A DNA stretch of 64,000 nt from Alphaproteobacteria bacterium (GTDB taxonomy: Bacteria > Pseudomonadota > Alphaproteobacteria > Bin95). The notes under the pieces were generated by a model. That model was given only the letters and a program-made list of their open reading frames with translations. It was not told the origin of the DNA and ran no database searches. A program made the translations under genes and the position numbers. Every line of letters begins with the position of its first letter. The first letter of the stretch is position 1. This document shows positions 1-10,169 of the stretch, one piece after another. The DNA lies in NCBI GenBank assembly GCA_964291285.2, contig OZ219787.1, forward strand, positions 1,568,001 to 1,632,000. Direction: 5' to 3'.

Positions 1-458
1 GGCGGCCAGACACGCTGAAAGGGGTTGGAGGTGAACAGCGTGAACGCGAGAAAGCCCGCCCCGATCATCGCCTGGACGGCCAGCACGCGGGCCTGGAAGG
101 TCTTTCGCAGGCTGCTGCCGAACACCGCCACCATCGCGCCGAACAGCGTGAGTATCAGCAGCCATAACAGCAGCGAGCCCTCGTGGTTCCCCCACACGCC
201 GGTCAAGCGGTAGAGCAGCGGCTTCAGCGAATGCGAGTTCTGCGCGACCGCCGCGACCGAGAAGTCGGAGACGACATAGGCCTTGGCGAGCGCGGAGAAC
301 GCGATTGCAGTGAGGACGAATTGCCCGAACGCCGTATGCCGGGCGAGGTCCATCAGAGCGGGTCTGCCCCTGGAGGCGCCGTAGAGCGGCAATGCCGCCT
401 GCAACAGCGCGAGGCCCAGCGCCAGAGCGAGCGCGAAATGGCCGAGTTCCGCCGTCAC
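1..458 (-). CDS. ccmF: Cytochrome c heme lyase CcmF, 5' part (runs off the window)
   Basis: Manual translation from GTG at 458: MTAELGHFAL...SDFSV...NSHSLKPLLYRLTGVWGNHEGSLLLW...SNPF; follows ccmE. Confidence 0.93.
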   Translation of the reverse strand, partial: MTAELGHFALALALGLALLQAALPLYGASRGRPALMDLARHTAFGQFVLTAIAFSALAKAYVVSDFSVAAVAQNSHSLKPLLYRLTGVWGNHEGSLLLWLLILTLFGAMVAVFGSSLRKTFQARVLAVQAMIGAGFLAFTLFTSNPFQRVWP

Positions 459-886
459 GACCCGTCCGCCGTCCGCGCACGCCGCAGCGCCTCCGCAGCC
501 TCCGGCGGCATGTAGTTCTCGTCATGCTTGGCGAGAATCTGCGTCGCCCGGAAGGTCCTCCCGCTGTCGAGCGCGCCGGTCGCCACCACCCCCTGTCCTT
601 CGCGGAACAGGTCCGGAAGCAGCCCCGTATAGCGGACGGTGACACCGTGCGCGCCGTCCACGATACGGAAGCTAACGGTCGTGCCGGATCTTGTCAGCGA
701 GCCCTCTTCCACCAGCCCGCCGATGCGGAACTCCCGACCCGGCGCAACGGTCCCCGCCGCGACTTCGCTCGGCGAATGGAAGAAGCGCATCGTGTCGTCG
801 AGCGCCGTGAGCGCCAGCGCGGCCGCCCCGCCCAGAAGTGCCAGCGCGGAGGCCAGCAGCAGAAGGCGTCGGCGCTTAGGCCGCAT
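455..886 (-). CDS. ccmE: Heme chaperone CcmE
   Basis: PDLFREGQGVV and LAKHDENYMP heme-binding motif. Confidence 0.96.
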   Translation of the reverse strand: MRPKRRRLLLLASALALLGGAAALALTALDDTMRFFHSPSEVAAGTVAPGREFRIGGLVEEGSLTRSGTTVSFRIVDGAHGVTVRYTGLLPDLFREGQGVVATGALDSGRTFRATQILAKHDENYMPPEAAEALRRARTADGS

Positions 887-1058
887 CGTCCGTGCCGCCG
901 CCGGCGGCTTCCAGCGCTGCCAGACGGCGCCGGGCGCGGCGCAGCCTCAGCATGCTCTCGGCAAGCATGCCGGCCAGCACGGCCGCAGCAGCGCCATAGG
1001 CCGGCCAGACATAGGCCGCATAGCCGCCCATATGGAAGAATTCACCGAGCCCGCTCAT
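876..1058 (-). CDS. ccmD: Heme exporter protein CcmD
   Basis: MGGYAAYVWPAYG motif; small membrane protein upstream of ccmE. Confidence 0.9.
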   Translation of the reverse strand: MSGLGEFFHMGGYAAYVWPAYGAAAAVLAGMLAESMLRLRRARRRLAALEAAGGGTDDAA

Positions 1059-1170
1059 CGCCGCCGCTGGATAGCACGGCCGGGCGGGCGGTCAAGGCAG
1101 GCCGGCGGGACCGAAGGCTGCTCCGGTTCCTGCCCCGGGGCCTTCGAAAGGCCGGGCGGACGGTGAGCCG

Positions 1171-1443
1171 TTAGTTCACGGTCTCCTTGAGACGCTTGCC
1201 AGCCTTGAAGAGCGGCGTTTTTGAGACGTCCACCTGAATCGGTTCGCCGGTGCCCGGATTGCGTCCGGTATGGGCCGGCCGGGTTCTTACGGAGAACCTG
1301 CCGAAGCCGGATATGCGCACGACTTCGCCACGGGCCAGCGCCTCTCCTATCGCAGCCAACACGGCATTGACCGCGTTTTCCGCCATGACCCTGCTCAAAC
1401 CCGTCCTGTCGGCAACCCGGCCGACAACATCCGATTTCTTCAT
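1171..1443 (-). CDS. HU/IHF family DNA-binding protein
   Basis: 90 aa, MKKSDVV...GFGRFSVR...GRNPGTGE...FKAGKRLKE. Confidence 0.92.
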   Translation of the reverse strand: MKKSDVVGRVADRTGLSRVMAENAVNAVLAAIGEALARGEVVRISGFGRFSVRTRPAHTGRNPGTGEPIQVDVSKTPLFKAGKRLKETVN

Positions 1444-1700
1444 GGGTTCCATCCCGGTACAACCGCATCGGTTTGCGAGCCGGCAAGGCCCGGTTGCTTC
1501 AGCATTGCCGCACGACAAGGCGCATTCTTCGTCGCAAGCGGCAGTCTCTAGCGATTTGGAATTTGGATGATAAATGCAAAATCAGTGCTTATTCATGCCG
1601 GAACGGCATATCGGGAAACTCTGTCGGAAGGCCCAGAGGCAGGTGCCTTTCGCCATTCCGAACATTTCCCGATTTCGACGACCGTCGGGAACCGAACCCG

Positions 1701-4112
1701 TCAGACACCCCGCATTCTGCGGTTCCCCGGGTCGTAGAGGGGCCTGAGCGAAGCCTCGGCGGGAACGGTGACGCCGGCGACATTAATGGCGAATTCGCCG
1801 GCATCGAGCGTGTGCGCCGGCACATAGCCGAGGCCTACCGCGCCGCCCAGCGCGTGCCCGTAATTGGCGGAGGTCAGCGTTTCGACCGTGCGGCCGTCGG
1901 CCAGGATCGGCTCGTGGCCGTAGAGCAGCGGTTCGGGGTCAAGCAGGCGGAACTGCATCAGCCGGCGCGAGGGGCCGGCGTCCCGCGCGCGGAGGAAGGC
2001 GTCGCGGCCAAGGAAATCCTTGGCGTCGGGCTTCACGGCGAAGGCGAGGCCGGCCTCGACCGGGGTGTCCGAGGGCGCGATATCGTGGCCCCAGTGGCGG
2101 TAGGCCTTCTCGATCCGCAGGCTGTCGAGCGCATGCATCCCGACCGGCGGGGCGCCGGCTTCCCGCAGCGCCGCGAATACCCGCCCAGCCTCGGCCCGGG
2201 GCACATAAAGCTCCCAGCCGAGCTCGCCGACATAGCTTATGCGCGACGCCTGGACCGGCGCGCCCGCCAGCTCGATTTCCTGCGAGGTTCCGAACGGGAA
2301 GGTGTTATCCGAAAGGTCGGCCGGCGTCAGCGGCGCGAGCAGGGCGCGCGACTCCGGTCCCATGACGGCGAACACGGCCAGGTCGTCGGTAATGTCGGCA
2401 ACCTCCACCCGCCGGTCGCGCGCCTCCATGCGGAGCCGGCCCAGGTCCCGCGCCGCGGCGGCAGCGGCCGTCACGACCATGTAGCGGGCCTCGTCGAGGC
2501 GGGTCACGGTCAGGTCCGCCTCGATGCCGGCCGTCGCGTTCAACCATTGCGTGTAGATGACGCTGCCGGGCGGGCGGCCCATATCGTTGGCCGAGACCCA
2601 TTGCAGCAGCGCCTCGGCCTCCGGCCCCTCGACCAGGATCTTGCCGAAGGATGTGAGGTCGAACACGCCGACCGCTTCCCGGACGCTCATATGCTCGGCG
2701 GCGCTTGCCCCGAACCAGTTCTGCCGCCCGTAGCTGTATTCGTAAGCGGGCGTCTCGCCGGACGGCGCGAACCAGTTGGCGCGCTCCCAGCCGGCCACCT
2801 CGCCGAAACAGGCGCCCGCCTCCTCCAGCGCGTCATGCACCGGGGACCGCCGCTCGCCACGCGCGGTCTGGAACTGGCGGTAGGGCCAGTGCATGGCGTA
2901 GAGCAGGCCGAGCGCCTCGCTCACGCGCGCCTTCAGGTATGTCTTGCCGTTCTGGAAGGGCTGCATCCGGCGCGGGTCGTAGGCCGAAAGGTCGCAGGGC
3001 GGCACACCCTCCTCGATCCAGGCCGCCAGCCGCAAGCCGACGCCGCCCGCCGCCTGGATGCCGATGGAGTTGAAGCCGGCCGCGATCCAGAGGCCTTCGA
3101 CATTGCCGGCCGGGCCGAGATGGAAGGCCTGGTCCGGGGTGAAGCTCTCCGGCCCGTTGAAAAAGAGCCGGATGCCGGTCTCCCGCAAGGCCGGCACACG
3201 GTGCAGCGCGCCTTCCAATATCGGCTCGAAATGCTCCCAGTCGTCGGGAAGCTGGTCGAAGCAGAAATCCTCCGGGATGCCGTCCATGCCCCAGGGCTTG
3301 GCCACCGGCTCGAAGGCGCCGACCAGCAGCTTGCCGGCGTCCTCCTTGTAGTAGGCGGAACTGTCCTGGTTGCGCAGGACGGGAAGGCCGGCCTTCACGC
3401 CCTCCATCGGCTCGGTCACGATGTAGAAATGCTCCGCCGCATGGAGCGGCACGGCGGCATCCGCCATCAGGCCGACTTCGCGCGCCCACATGCCGGCGCA
3501 GTTCGCGACGCAGTCCGTGGCGACCGGCCCCGCCTCGGTTTCGACGCCGGTGACACACCCGCCGGCGGTGCGGATGCCGGTCACCTTCATATTCTCCAGC
3601 AGTACAGCGCCAGCCTGCCGGGCGCCTCTGGCGAGCGCGGCGGCGGTGTCGGCGGGATTGGTCTGGCCGTCGCCGGCATAGAACGCGCCACCGACCAGGT
3701 CGTCGACATGCATGAGCGGCCAGAGGCGTTTCAGGTCCGCCGGCGTGCAGAACTCGATTTCGGCGCCGTAGGCGCGCGCGCTCGCGGCCTCGCGTCTCAG
3801 TTCCTCCCATCGTTCGGCATTGTCGGCCGTGTAGATCGAGCCCGTCCGGCGGAATCCCGTGCTCTGGCCGGTCTCGGCCTCCAGCCCGGCATAGAGGCGG
3901 GCCGAATCGGTAAGGATGGCGGAGAGCGTGGGATGCGCGGCGGCGGAGCGCACCAGGCCAGCGGCGTGCCATGTGGTGCCGCAGGAGAACTGCCTGCGTT
4001 CGAGCAGCAGCACGCCGTCGCGCCCGGCCTTCGCAAGGTGGTAGGCGAGGCTGAGGCCGATGATGCCGCCGCCGACGATGACGATGGATGCGTGGGAGGG
4101 GAGGTTAGCCAT
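1701..4112 (-). CDS. GcvT-family FAD-dependent oxidoreductase (sarcosine/dimethylglycine dehydrogenase-like)
   Basis: GGGIIG FAD motif, GTTWHAAG, NGPESFTPD, C-terminal GcvT folate-binding domain. Confidence 0.9.
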   Translation of the reverse strand: MANLPSHASIVIVGGGIIGLSLAYHLAKAGRDGVLLLERRQFSCGTTWHAAGLVRSAAAHPTLSAILTDSARLYAGLEAETGQSTGFRRTGSIYTADNAERWEELRREAASARAYGAEIEFCTPADLKRLWPLMHVDDLVGGAFYAGDGQTNPADTAAALARGARQAGAVLLENMKVTGIRTAGGCVTGVETEAGPVATDCVANCAGMWAREVGLMADAAVPLHAAEHFYIVTEPMEGVKAGLPVLRNQDSSAYYKEDAGKLLVGAFEPVAKPWGMDGIPEDFCFDQLPDDWEHFEPILEGALHRVPALRETGIRLFFNGPESFTPDQAFHLGPAGNVEGLWIAAGFNSIGIQAAGGVGLRLAAWIEEGVPPCDLSAYDPRRMQPFQNGKTYLKARVSEALGLLYAMHWPYRQFQTARGERRSPVHDALEEAGACFGEVAGWERANWFAPSGETPAYEYSYGRQNWFGASAAEHMSVREAVGVFDLTSFGKILVEGPEAEALLQWVSANDMGRPPGSVIYTQWLNATAGIEADLTVTRLDEARYMVVTAAAAAARDLGRLRMEARDRRVEVADITDDLAVFAVMGPESRALLAPLTPADLSDNTFPFGTSQEIELAGAPVQASRISYVGELGWELYVPRAEAGRVFAALREAGAPPVGMHALDSLRIEKAYRHWGHDIAPSDTPVEAGLAFAVKPDAKDFLGRDAFLRARDAGPSRRLMQFRLLDPEPLLYGHEPILADGRTVETLTSANYGHALGGAVGLGYVPAHTLDAGEFAINVAGVTVPAEASLRPLYDPGNRRMRGV

Positions 4113-4199
4113 AGCGGCGGGAGTCTAGGCGCGAACGCTTCCCGCCGGAAGCGGAACCGTGCCACTCTGGCCCCTTTCGCAACTGAAGGGTCCCGCCCC

Positions 4200-5099
4200 A
4201 TGGACTTGCCCGCCCTCAGCCTCACCGCCGTTCCCGGCCGCCGCCTCGCAACGCTGGAACTCGCCCGCGAGATCGAGCGGCGGGGCTTCGCCGGCATGTG
4301 GGTGCCGAGCCCGTTCAGCGGCCTCGGGCTCTGCCACGCGCTCGCGCATGTGACGGAGCGCGCGGTCTTCGCGACCTCGATCGCGCCGATCTACTTCCAG
4401 CAGGCGGAGGAATTCGCGCAGGCGGCGGCCTTCATCCACGAGGTCTCGGGCGGACGGTTCCGCTTCGGTATCGGCGTGTCGCACCAGCCGACACATGAGC
4501 GCATGGGGATCAGGCCCGGCAAGCCGCTCGGCGACATCCGCGCTTTCGTCGAGGAAATCCGGAATGTGCCGCGCACGGGCGGGCTGCCGCCGGTGGTGCT
4601 GGCGGCGATGCGGCCCCGGATGATCGCGCTTGCCGGCGAGATCGCCGACGGCATCGTCTTCGCCAATGCCGCCCGCAGCCACATCCCGGCCTCGCTGGAG
4701 GCGCTGCCGGCGGGCAAGCGCGAGGACGCCGGGTTTGAAGTCGCCTGCATGACCCCCACTTGCGTCTCGGATGACCTGGAGGCGGCGAAGGCCATTAACC
4801 GCAAGACGCTCACGCGCTACGCCCAGCTTCCCTACTATCGGAACTACTGGAAGGACGCGGGCTACCGGGAGGAGATGGAGGCGGTGGAACGCGCCATGCC
4901 GGAGGGCGATGCGGCCGTCGCCGCCTGCCTCTCGGACCGCTGGCTCGCCGATGTCACGCTGTTCGGCCCGCCGGCCAGGATCCGCGAGGGCGTGGAGGAG
5001 TTGCGCGCCGCCGGTGTCCGCACCCCGGTCCTGGTCCCCTCCTCGGCCGCCGGCGGCCAGATGAAGGCCTTCGAGGAGGTGACGGGGGTTTTTGCGTGA
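4200..5099 (+). CDS. LLM-class flavin-dependent oxidoreductase
   Basis: C-terminal 299 aa of the long ORF; SGGRFRFGIGVSH, LAGEIADG motifs; ATG at 4200. Confidence 0.82.
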   Translation: MDLPALSLTAVPGRRLATLELAREIERRGFAGMWVPSPFSGLGLCHALAHVTERAVFATSIAPIYFQQAEEFAQAAAFIHEVSGGRFRFGIGVSHQPTHERMGIRPGKPLGDIRAFVEEIRNVPRTGGLPPVVLAAMRPRMIALAGEIADGIVFANAARSHIPASLEALPAGKREDAGFEVACMTPTCVSDDLEAAKAINRKTLTRYAQLPYYRNYWKDAGYREEMEAVERAMPEGDAAVAACLSDRWLADVTLFGPPARIREGVEELRAAGVRTPVLVPSSAAGGQMKAFEEVTGVFA

Positions 5100-5111
5100 C
5101 GGCGGACCCGC

Positions 5112-6197
5112 TCAAAGCGCGTCGTAGTCGAGCACCACTTCGCGGGTGAGCGGGCGGGACTGGCAGGTGAGGACGAAACCGGCCTCCAGCTCCCAGGGCT
5201 CCAGCGAGTAGTTCTGCACCATATCGACGCGGCCCGAGACCAGCCTTGCCCGGCAGGTGCAGCACATGCCGCCCTTGCAGGAAAAGGGCAGGTCGAGGCC
5301 GTGGCGCCGGCCGGCGTCGATGATGCGTTCGCCGTCGAAGCCCATGGCGAAGCGCCGCCGGGCGCCGTCGAGAACCACCGTGACTTCCGCCGCGCCCGCG
5401 GCCCGTTCCTCGGCGGCGACCGTCTGCGGGGCGATGACTTGGCCCGGATTGCCGGTGAAGCGCTCGGTGCGGATGCGCGACGCCGCCATGCCGGCCGCCG
5501 CAAGCGCCTCCGGCACCGCCTCGGCCATATTGTCCGGTCCACACACCAGCGCTTCGTCGAACGCCTCGGCCGGGCCGAACGCCTCCATGAGCGCTTCCGT
5601 CTTCGCGGCGTCGATGCGGCCTTGGCAGAGCGGCACGTCCTGATCCTCGCCGGAGAGGATATGGAGCACGGAGAAGCGGCCGAGATGCCGGCTCTTCAGA
5701 CCGTCCAGTTCGTCCCGGAAGATCACGTCCCCGGCGTTCCGGTTGCCGTAGAACAGCAGCACCTCGCTCTCCGGCTCCGAGGCGAGCAGCGTGCGCGCGA
5801 CGGAGATCACCGGCGTGATGCCGCTGCCGGCGGCGAACAGCGCATAGCGGCCCCTTCCGCCCGGTTCGAGCGGGCGGTGGAAGCGGCCGTCGGGCGTCAT
5901 CACGGAGAGCGTGTCCCCGGCCTCAAGCTGGTTGTTGATCCAACCGGAGAAGCGCCCGTCCGGCACCTCCTTCACGGCGATGCGAAGCTCGCCCTCGTCG
6001 CGCCCCGAGCAGATCGAATAGGACCGCCGGACCTCTTCCCCGCCGAAGTCCCGGCGGAGCGTCAGATACTGGCCCTGCACGAAGCGGTAGGCCCCGGCCA
6101 GCGCCTCCGGCACCTCGAACGCGACCGACACGCAGCCGGCCGTCTCCCGACGGACCTGCGCGACGACAAGATCGTGGAAACGTGGCCTTACAGGCAC
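5112..6197 (-). CDS. paaE: Phenylacetyl-CoA epoxidase reductase subunit PaaE
   Basis: RRSYSICS, AAGSGITP, 2Fe-2S motif CKGGMCCTC; start approximate. Confidence 0.9.
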   Translation of the reverse strand: MPVRPRFHDLVVAQVRRETAGCVSVAFEVPEALAGAYRFVQGQYLTLRRDFGGEEVRRSYSICSGRDEGELRIAVKEVPDGRFSGWINNQLEAGDTLSVMTPDGRFHRPLEPGGRGRYALFAAGSGITPVISVARTLLASEPESEVLLFYGNRNAGDVIFRDELDGLKSRHLGRFSVLHILSGEDQDVPLCQGRIDAAKTEALMEAFGPAEAFDEALVCGPDNMAEAVPEALAAAGMAASRIRTERFTGNPGQVIAPQTVAAEERAAGAAEVTVVLDGARRRFAMGFDGERIIDAGRRHGLDLPFSCKGGMCCTCRARLVSGRVDMVQNYSLEPWELEAGFVLTCQSRPLTREVVLDYDAL

Positions 6198-6640
6198 TTG
6201 AAGCGCTCGAACGGCTCGCGGCAGCCGAGGCAGCGCCAGAGCGCCTTGCAGGGCGTGGAGCCGAAACGGCTGAGCTCCTCCACCGCCGCGCCGCCGCAAT
6301 GCGGGCAGGAGATGGCCCCGCGCGTGGGTGGGGCGATGCCGTAGGCGGAAAGCTTGGCCTTGCCTTCTTCCGACATCCAGTCGGTGGTCCACGCGGGGGC
6401 GAGGCAGGTCTCGACGACGGCGTCCGCAAAGCCGCCGCCGGCGAGCGCCGCCTCGACATCGCGGCGGATGGCGTCGCTTGCCGGGCAGCCGCTATAGGTG
6501 GGCGTGAGGCGCACGACCAGCCGGCCGCCGTCCTCCTCGACCTCGCGCACGATGCCGAGGTCGCCCGCCGTCAGCACCGGGATTTCGGGGTCCGGCACCG
6601 CTTCCGCCAGGCGGCGTGCTTCCGCCGCGCGGCTCACCAT
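6188..6640 (-). CDS. paaD: Phenylacetyl-CoA epoxidase subunit PaaD
   Basis: VPDPEIP, TPTYSGCPA, WTTDWM, FGSTPCKAL motifs. Confidence 0.92.
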   Translation of the reverse strand: MVSRAAEARRLAEAVPDPEIPVLTAGDLGIVREVEEDGGRLVVRLTPTYSGCPASDAIRRDVEAALAGGGFADAVVETCLAPAWTTDWMSEEGKAKLSAYGIAPPTRGAISCPHCGGAAVEELSRFGSTPCKALWRCLGCREPFERFKCL

Positions 6641-7389
6641 TCCGCTCCCGGATAGGCGCGCTGCATGAACTGGAATTCCGCCAGCAGGTGCCCCAGATGC
6701 TCGCTGTGCCGGCCCTGCCGGCCGCCGCTCCGGACCCCGGCGCCTTCCGGTGGCGTCAGCCCCGCCTCCTCCAGCACAGGTTCCACCCGCGCCTGCCAGG
6801 GCGCGCGCAATTCGCAGGGCAGGACCGCAATGCCCGTCTCCGCCAGGGCCGCTTCCACCTCGTCGGCCTCGAAGATCTCGCCGGCATAGGGCCAGAGCAG
6901 GTCGAGCCCGGCCTGGGCGCGGTCGTGGCTTTCCTGCGTGCCGTCGCCCATGCGGACCACCCAGGCGGCGCTCTGCTCGACATGGTAGGCGGCTTCCTTC
7001 GCCGCCTTGCCGGCGATCCCCGCCAGCACCTCGTCGCGCGAGGCCGAAAGCCGGGGCCAGAGCTCGACCGCGTAGGCGTCGAACAGGAATTGGCGCACCA
7101 TGGTCTGCGCGAAGTCGCCGTTCGGCTGCTCGACCAGCAGCAGGTTGGAGAAATCCAGCACGTCCCGGCCGTAGGCGAGCGCGTCCTCGTTCCGGCCCCT
7201 GCCCTCCCGCGCGCCGGCGCAGGCGAGTAGCAGCCGCGCCTGCCCGAGCAGGTCGAGGGCGGTGTTGGCGAGCGCGATGTCCTCTTCCAGTTCCGGCCCG
7301 TGCCCGACCCACTCCGAGAGGCGGTGACTCAGGATGAGCGCGTCGTCGCCGAGGCGCAGCGCATAGGCGGCGGTCAGCGCGTCCGCCAT
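6634..7389 (-). CDS. paaC: Phenylacetyl-CoA epoxidase subunit PaaC
   Basis: LGDDALILSHRLSEW, ELEEDIAL, ends YPGAEW. Confidence 0.94.
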   Translation of the reverse strand: MADALTAAYALRLGDDALILSHRLSEWVGHGPELEEDIALANTALDLLGQARLLLACAGAREGRGRNEDALAYGRDVLDFSNLLLVEQPNGDFAQTMVRQFLFDAYAVELWPRLSASRDEVLAGIAGKAAKEAAYHVEQSAAWVVRMGDGTQESHDRAQAGLDLLWPYAGEIFEADEVEAALAETGIAVLPCELRAPWQARVEPVLEEAGLTPPEGAGVRSGGRQGRHSEHLGHLLAEFQFMQRAYPGAEW

Positions 7390-7701
7390 CTACATGTTCT
7401 CGACGTCGTCGGGAAGGTCGTAAAAGCTCGGATGGCGGTAGATTTTCGACATTGCCGGCTCGAACAGCATGTCCTTGTCGGCCGGGTCGGAGGCGAAGAT
7501 ATGCTCCGAGGCCACGACCCAGATGCTCGTCCCCTCGCCGCGCCTTGTATAGACATCGCGGGCGCGGGCCAGCGCCATTTCCGGGTCAGCGGCGTGCAGC
7601 GAGCCGCAATAGCGGTGGTGCAGCCCGGTGCGGGCGCGGATGAACACCTCGAAGAGCGGCCAGTCCCGCTCGTTCTCACCTCTTCTGTCACTGTCGGACA
7701 T
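7390..7701 (-). CDS. paaB: Phenylacetyl-CoA epoxidase subunit PaaB
   Basis: WPLFEVFIR...GSLHA...ARDVYTRRGEG. Confidence 0.94.
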   Translation of the reverse strand: MSDSDRRGENERDWPLFEVFIRARTGLHHRYCGSLHAADPEMALARARDVYTRRGEGTSIWVVASEHIFASDPADKDMLFEPAMSKIYRHPSFYDLPDDVENM

Positions 7702-7720
7702 GCGCTTCGCCCGCCGGGCG

Positions 7721-8710
7721 CTATTCGGCCGCCGCCGCGGCCCGCGCCTGCTTCCTGAGCGCATGGGCGGTCGCGGCCTCCCGCACCCAGGCGCCTTCCG
7801 CATGGGCCTTGCGGCGCGCGGCCATGCGCTCGCGGTTGCAGGGCCCGTTGCCGGTGAGCACCTCGTTGAACTCGGTCCAGTCGATCTCGCCGAAACGCCA
7901 GTGGCCGCTTTCCTCGTCGAAGCGGAGCTCGGGGTCCGGCGGCTCCAGGCCGATCAGGCGCGCCTGCGGCACGGCCGCGTCCACGAATTTCTGCCGCAGC
8001 TCGTCATTGGTGAAGCGCTTGATCTTCCAGCGCATGGACCGCCCGGTGTGCGGCGAGTCCGTGTCGGAGGGGCCGAACATCATCAGCGACGGCCACCACC
8101 AGCGGTTGAGTGCGTCCTGCGCCATGCGCTTCTGCGCCGCCGTTCCCTCAGCGAGGCGCGAGATGGCTTCGTAGCCCTGGCGCTGGTGGAAGCTCTCTTC
8201 CTTGCAGATGCGGATCATGGCGCGCGCATAGGGGCCGAAGGAGCAGCGGCAGAGCGGGATCTGGTTCATGATCGCCGCCCCGTCCACTAGCCAGCCGACC
8301 GCGCCGATATCCGCCCAGGTGATCGTCGGGTAGTTGAAGATCGAGGAATAGCGCGCGCGGCCTTCCAGCAGGCGGTCCACCATCTCCGCCCGGGATATGC
8401 CGAGCGTCTCGGCCGCGGCGTAGAGGTAAAGCCCGTGCCCGCCCTCGTCCTGCACCTTGGCGAGCAGGATCGCCTTGCGGCGCAGGTTCGGCGCGCGCGT
8501 GAGCCAGTTGCCTTCCGGCAGCATGCCGACGATCTCGGAATGGGCGTGCTGGCTGATCTGGCGGATCAGCGTCTGCCGGTAGGCCTCCGGCATCCAGTCG
8601 TTCGGCTCGATCTTCTCCTCGCGGTCGATCTTCGCCTGGAAGCGGGCCAGCAGTTCCGCATCCTCGGGCCCGCCCTCTTCGACCGACTGGTTAAGCCCCT
8701 GCGTGTACAT
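7721..8710 (-). CDS. paaA: Phenylacetyl-CoA epoxidase subunit PaaA
   Basis: [41 protein letters not shown]. Confidence 0.95.
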   Translation of the reverse strand: MYTQGLNQSVEEGGPEDAELLARFQAKIDREEKIEPNDWMPEAYRQTLIRQISQHAHSEIVGMLPEGNWLTRAPNLRRKAILLAKVQDEGGHGLYLYAAAETLGISRAEMVDRLLEGRARYSSIFNYPTITWADIGAVGWLVDGAAIMNQIPLCRCSFGPYARAMIRICKEESFHQRQGYEAISRLAEGTAAQKRMAQDALNRWWWPSLMMFGPSDTDSPHTGRSMRWKIKRFTNDELRQKFVDAAVPQARLIGLEPPDPELRFDEESGHWRFGEIDWTEFNEVLTGNGPCNRERMAARRKAHAEGAWVREAATAHALRKQARAAAAAE

Positions 8711-8773
8711 GGCCCGCAATTTGGGACCGGGCGCCGCCCTTGTCGAGAGGAAAACGCGGGCGGCGCGGCGCGC

Positions 8774-9184
8774 TTACAACCCGTACTGGCTGCACTCCCT
8801 CGCCTGTATGTCGCCCCGGCAGTTCCGCAGCACGCCGCCGGATTCGAGATATTCGAGGCCGACCGTGATGCTCGTCTGCCGGCTGTGTTCGTTGAAATCC
8901 CCGTATCGGCAGGTTTTCTCGATCCGGCAATTGAAGACGTTCGCGGAGGCGTCGTGCTCGGCCTCCACGCTTCCTCCGGTGCATTTCTGCGCGGCCGTGG
9001 TTTTCGACCACGCCGCTACGCACCTGTTTTTCGCCGCGAGCATTATCCCCTGGGCGAGGGAATGAAGGGTGGTGTGGTCTGCAAACGCATCCCGGTCCGG
9101 CGGAGCGGCCAGAAGGAGCGCAAGAACGAATGGCGCTGCGAGTATCGGACGGGCGCGGCGCCGGGCGGCAGAGAATCGGCTCAT
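8774..9184 (-). CDS. Hypothetical secreted Cys-rich protein (136 aa)
   Basis: Basic/hydrophobic signal peptide ending AFA, six Cys in the mature part, purine-rich RBS upstream. Confidence 0.6.
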   Translation of the reverse strand: MSRFSAARRRARPILAAPFVLALLLAAPPDRDAFADHTTLHSLAQGIMLAAKNRCVAAWSKTTAAQKCTGGSVEAEHDASANVFNCRIEKTCRYGDFNEHSRQTSITVGLEYLESGGVLRNCRGDIQARECSQYGL

Positions 9185-9392
9185 CGTGCGTTCCTTTCCT
9201 CTTCCCGGAGTAACGACCCTGGCAAAGCCGTCCGCCTCTTCGAGGTAACCGCCGCCCCGGTCGTCGACTTCAATTGCCATTTTTTATGCCTGCTTACATT
9301 GATAAAGTCAATATTCTGCGGGGCGGCAAAGCACGCTGTTCCGTCGAAAACCGCGCTTCGGGACCCGATAGCGCGGCCCCGGAGTTGCGCCG

Positions 9393-10169
9393 TCAGCCGC
9401 CGGCGGCGAAGGAGGAGCGGAAGGCCCAGCGGGTGGTGCGCATCTCGATGAAGGCGAACAGCGCATACATGGCGATGCCCTCGATGGCGAGCGCGATCAG
9501 CCCGGCGAAGACGAGCGGCATCTGGAAGTTCGTGCCCGCGACGCTCATCAGATAGCCGATGCCGGAATTCGCGGCGATCGTCTCGGAGACGACGGAGCCG
9601 ACGAAGGCCAGCGTGATCGCGACCTTCAGCGAACCGTAGAAATAGGGCTGGGCGCGGGGGATGCCGACCTTGAGGATGATGTCCAGCTTGCGCGCGCCCA
9701 GCGCCCTCAGCACGTCTTCCAGTTCGGGCTCCGTGGTGGCGAGGCCGGTCGCGACATTCACCACGATGGGGAAGAAGGAGATCAGGAAGGCGGTCAGGAT
9801 CGCCGGAATCTCGCCGATGCCGAACCAGATGACGAGGATCGGCACGACCGCGACCTTGGGGATGGAGTTGAAGCCGACCATGACCGGGTAGAGCCCCCGG
9901 TAGATCGCCCGCGACCAGCCGACGATCATGCCGAGGACGACGCCGAACGCGACCGCGATCGCGAAACCGGCGAGCGTCGTCCACATGGTCGCCCCCGAAT
10001 GCCGGAGCAGCGGTTTCCAGTGCGTTATCGTGGCCTCGACGATGGCGGACGGCGCCGGAAGGATAATCGGGTTGACGCCGAAGAGCTGGCAGACCGCCTC
10101 CCAGAAGACGAACAGGCCGAGCGTGAACGCGAACGGGGCCGTCCGCTCGAAGAACGACGCCGGCGTCAT
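9393..10169 (-). CDS. NitT/TauT-family ABC transporter permease
   Basis: IPKVAVVPILVIWFGIG, SFFPIVVN; overlaps ATPase stop. Confidence 0.9.
   Translation of the reverse strand: MTPASFFERTAPFAFTLGLFVFWEAVCQLFGVNPIILPAPSAIVEATITHWKPLLRHSGATMWTTLAGFAIAVAFGVVLGMIVGWSRAIYRGLYPVMVGFNSIPKVAVVPILVIWFGIGEIPAILTAFLISFFPIVVNVATGLATTEPELEDVLRALGARKLDIILKVGIPRAQPYFYGSLKVAITLAFVGSVVSETIAANSGIGYLMSVAGTNFQMPLVFAGLIALAIEGIAMYALFAFIEMRTTRWAFRSSFAAGG

Noticed and set aside
1473-4199. Very long ORF extensions (1473-5099, 25061-28462) and many antisense Arg/Pro-rich ORFs
   Set aside because: These are shadow frames of real opposite-strand genes in high-GC DNA; only the LLM and photolyase portions are coding
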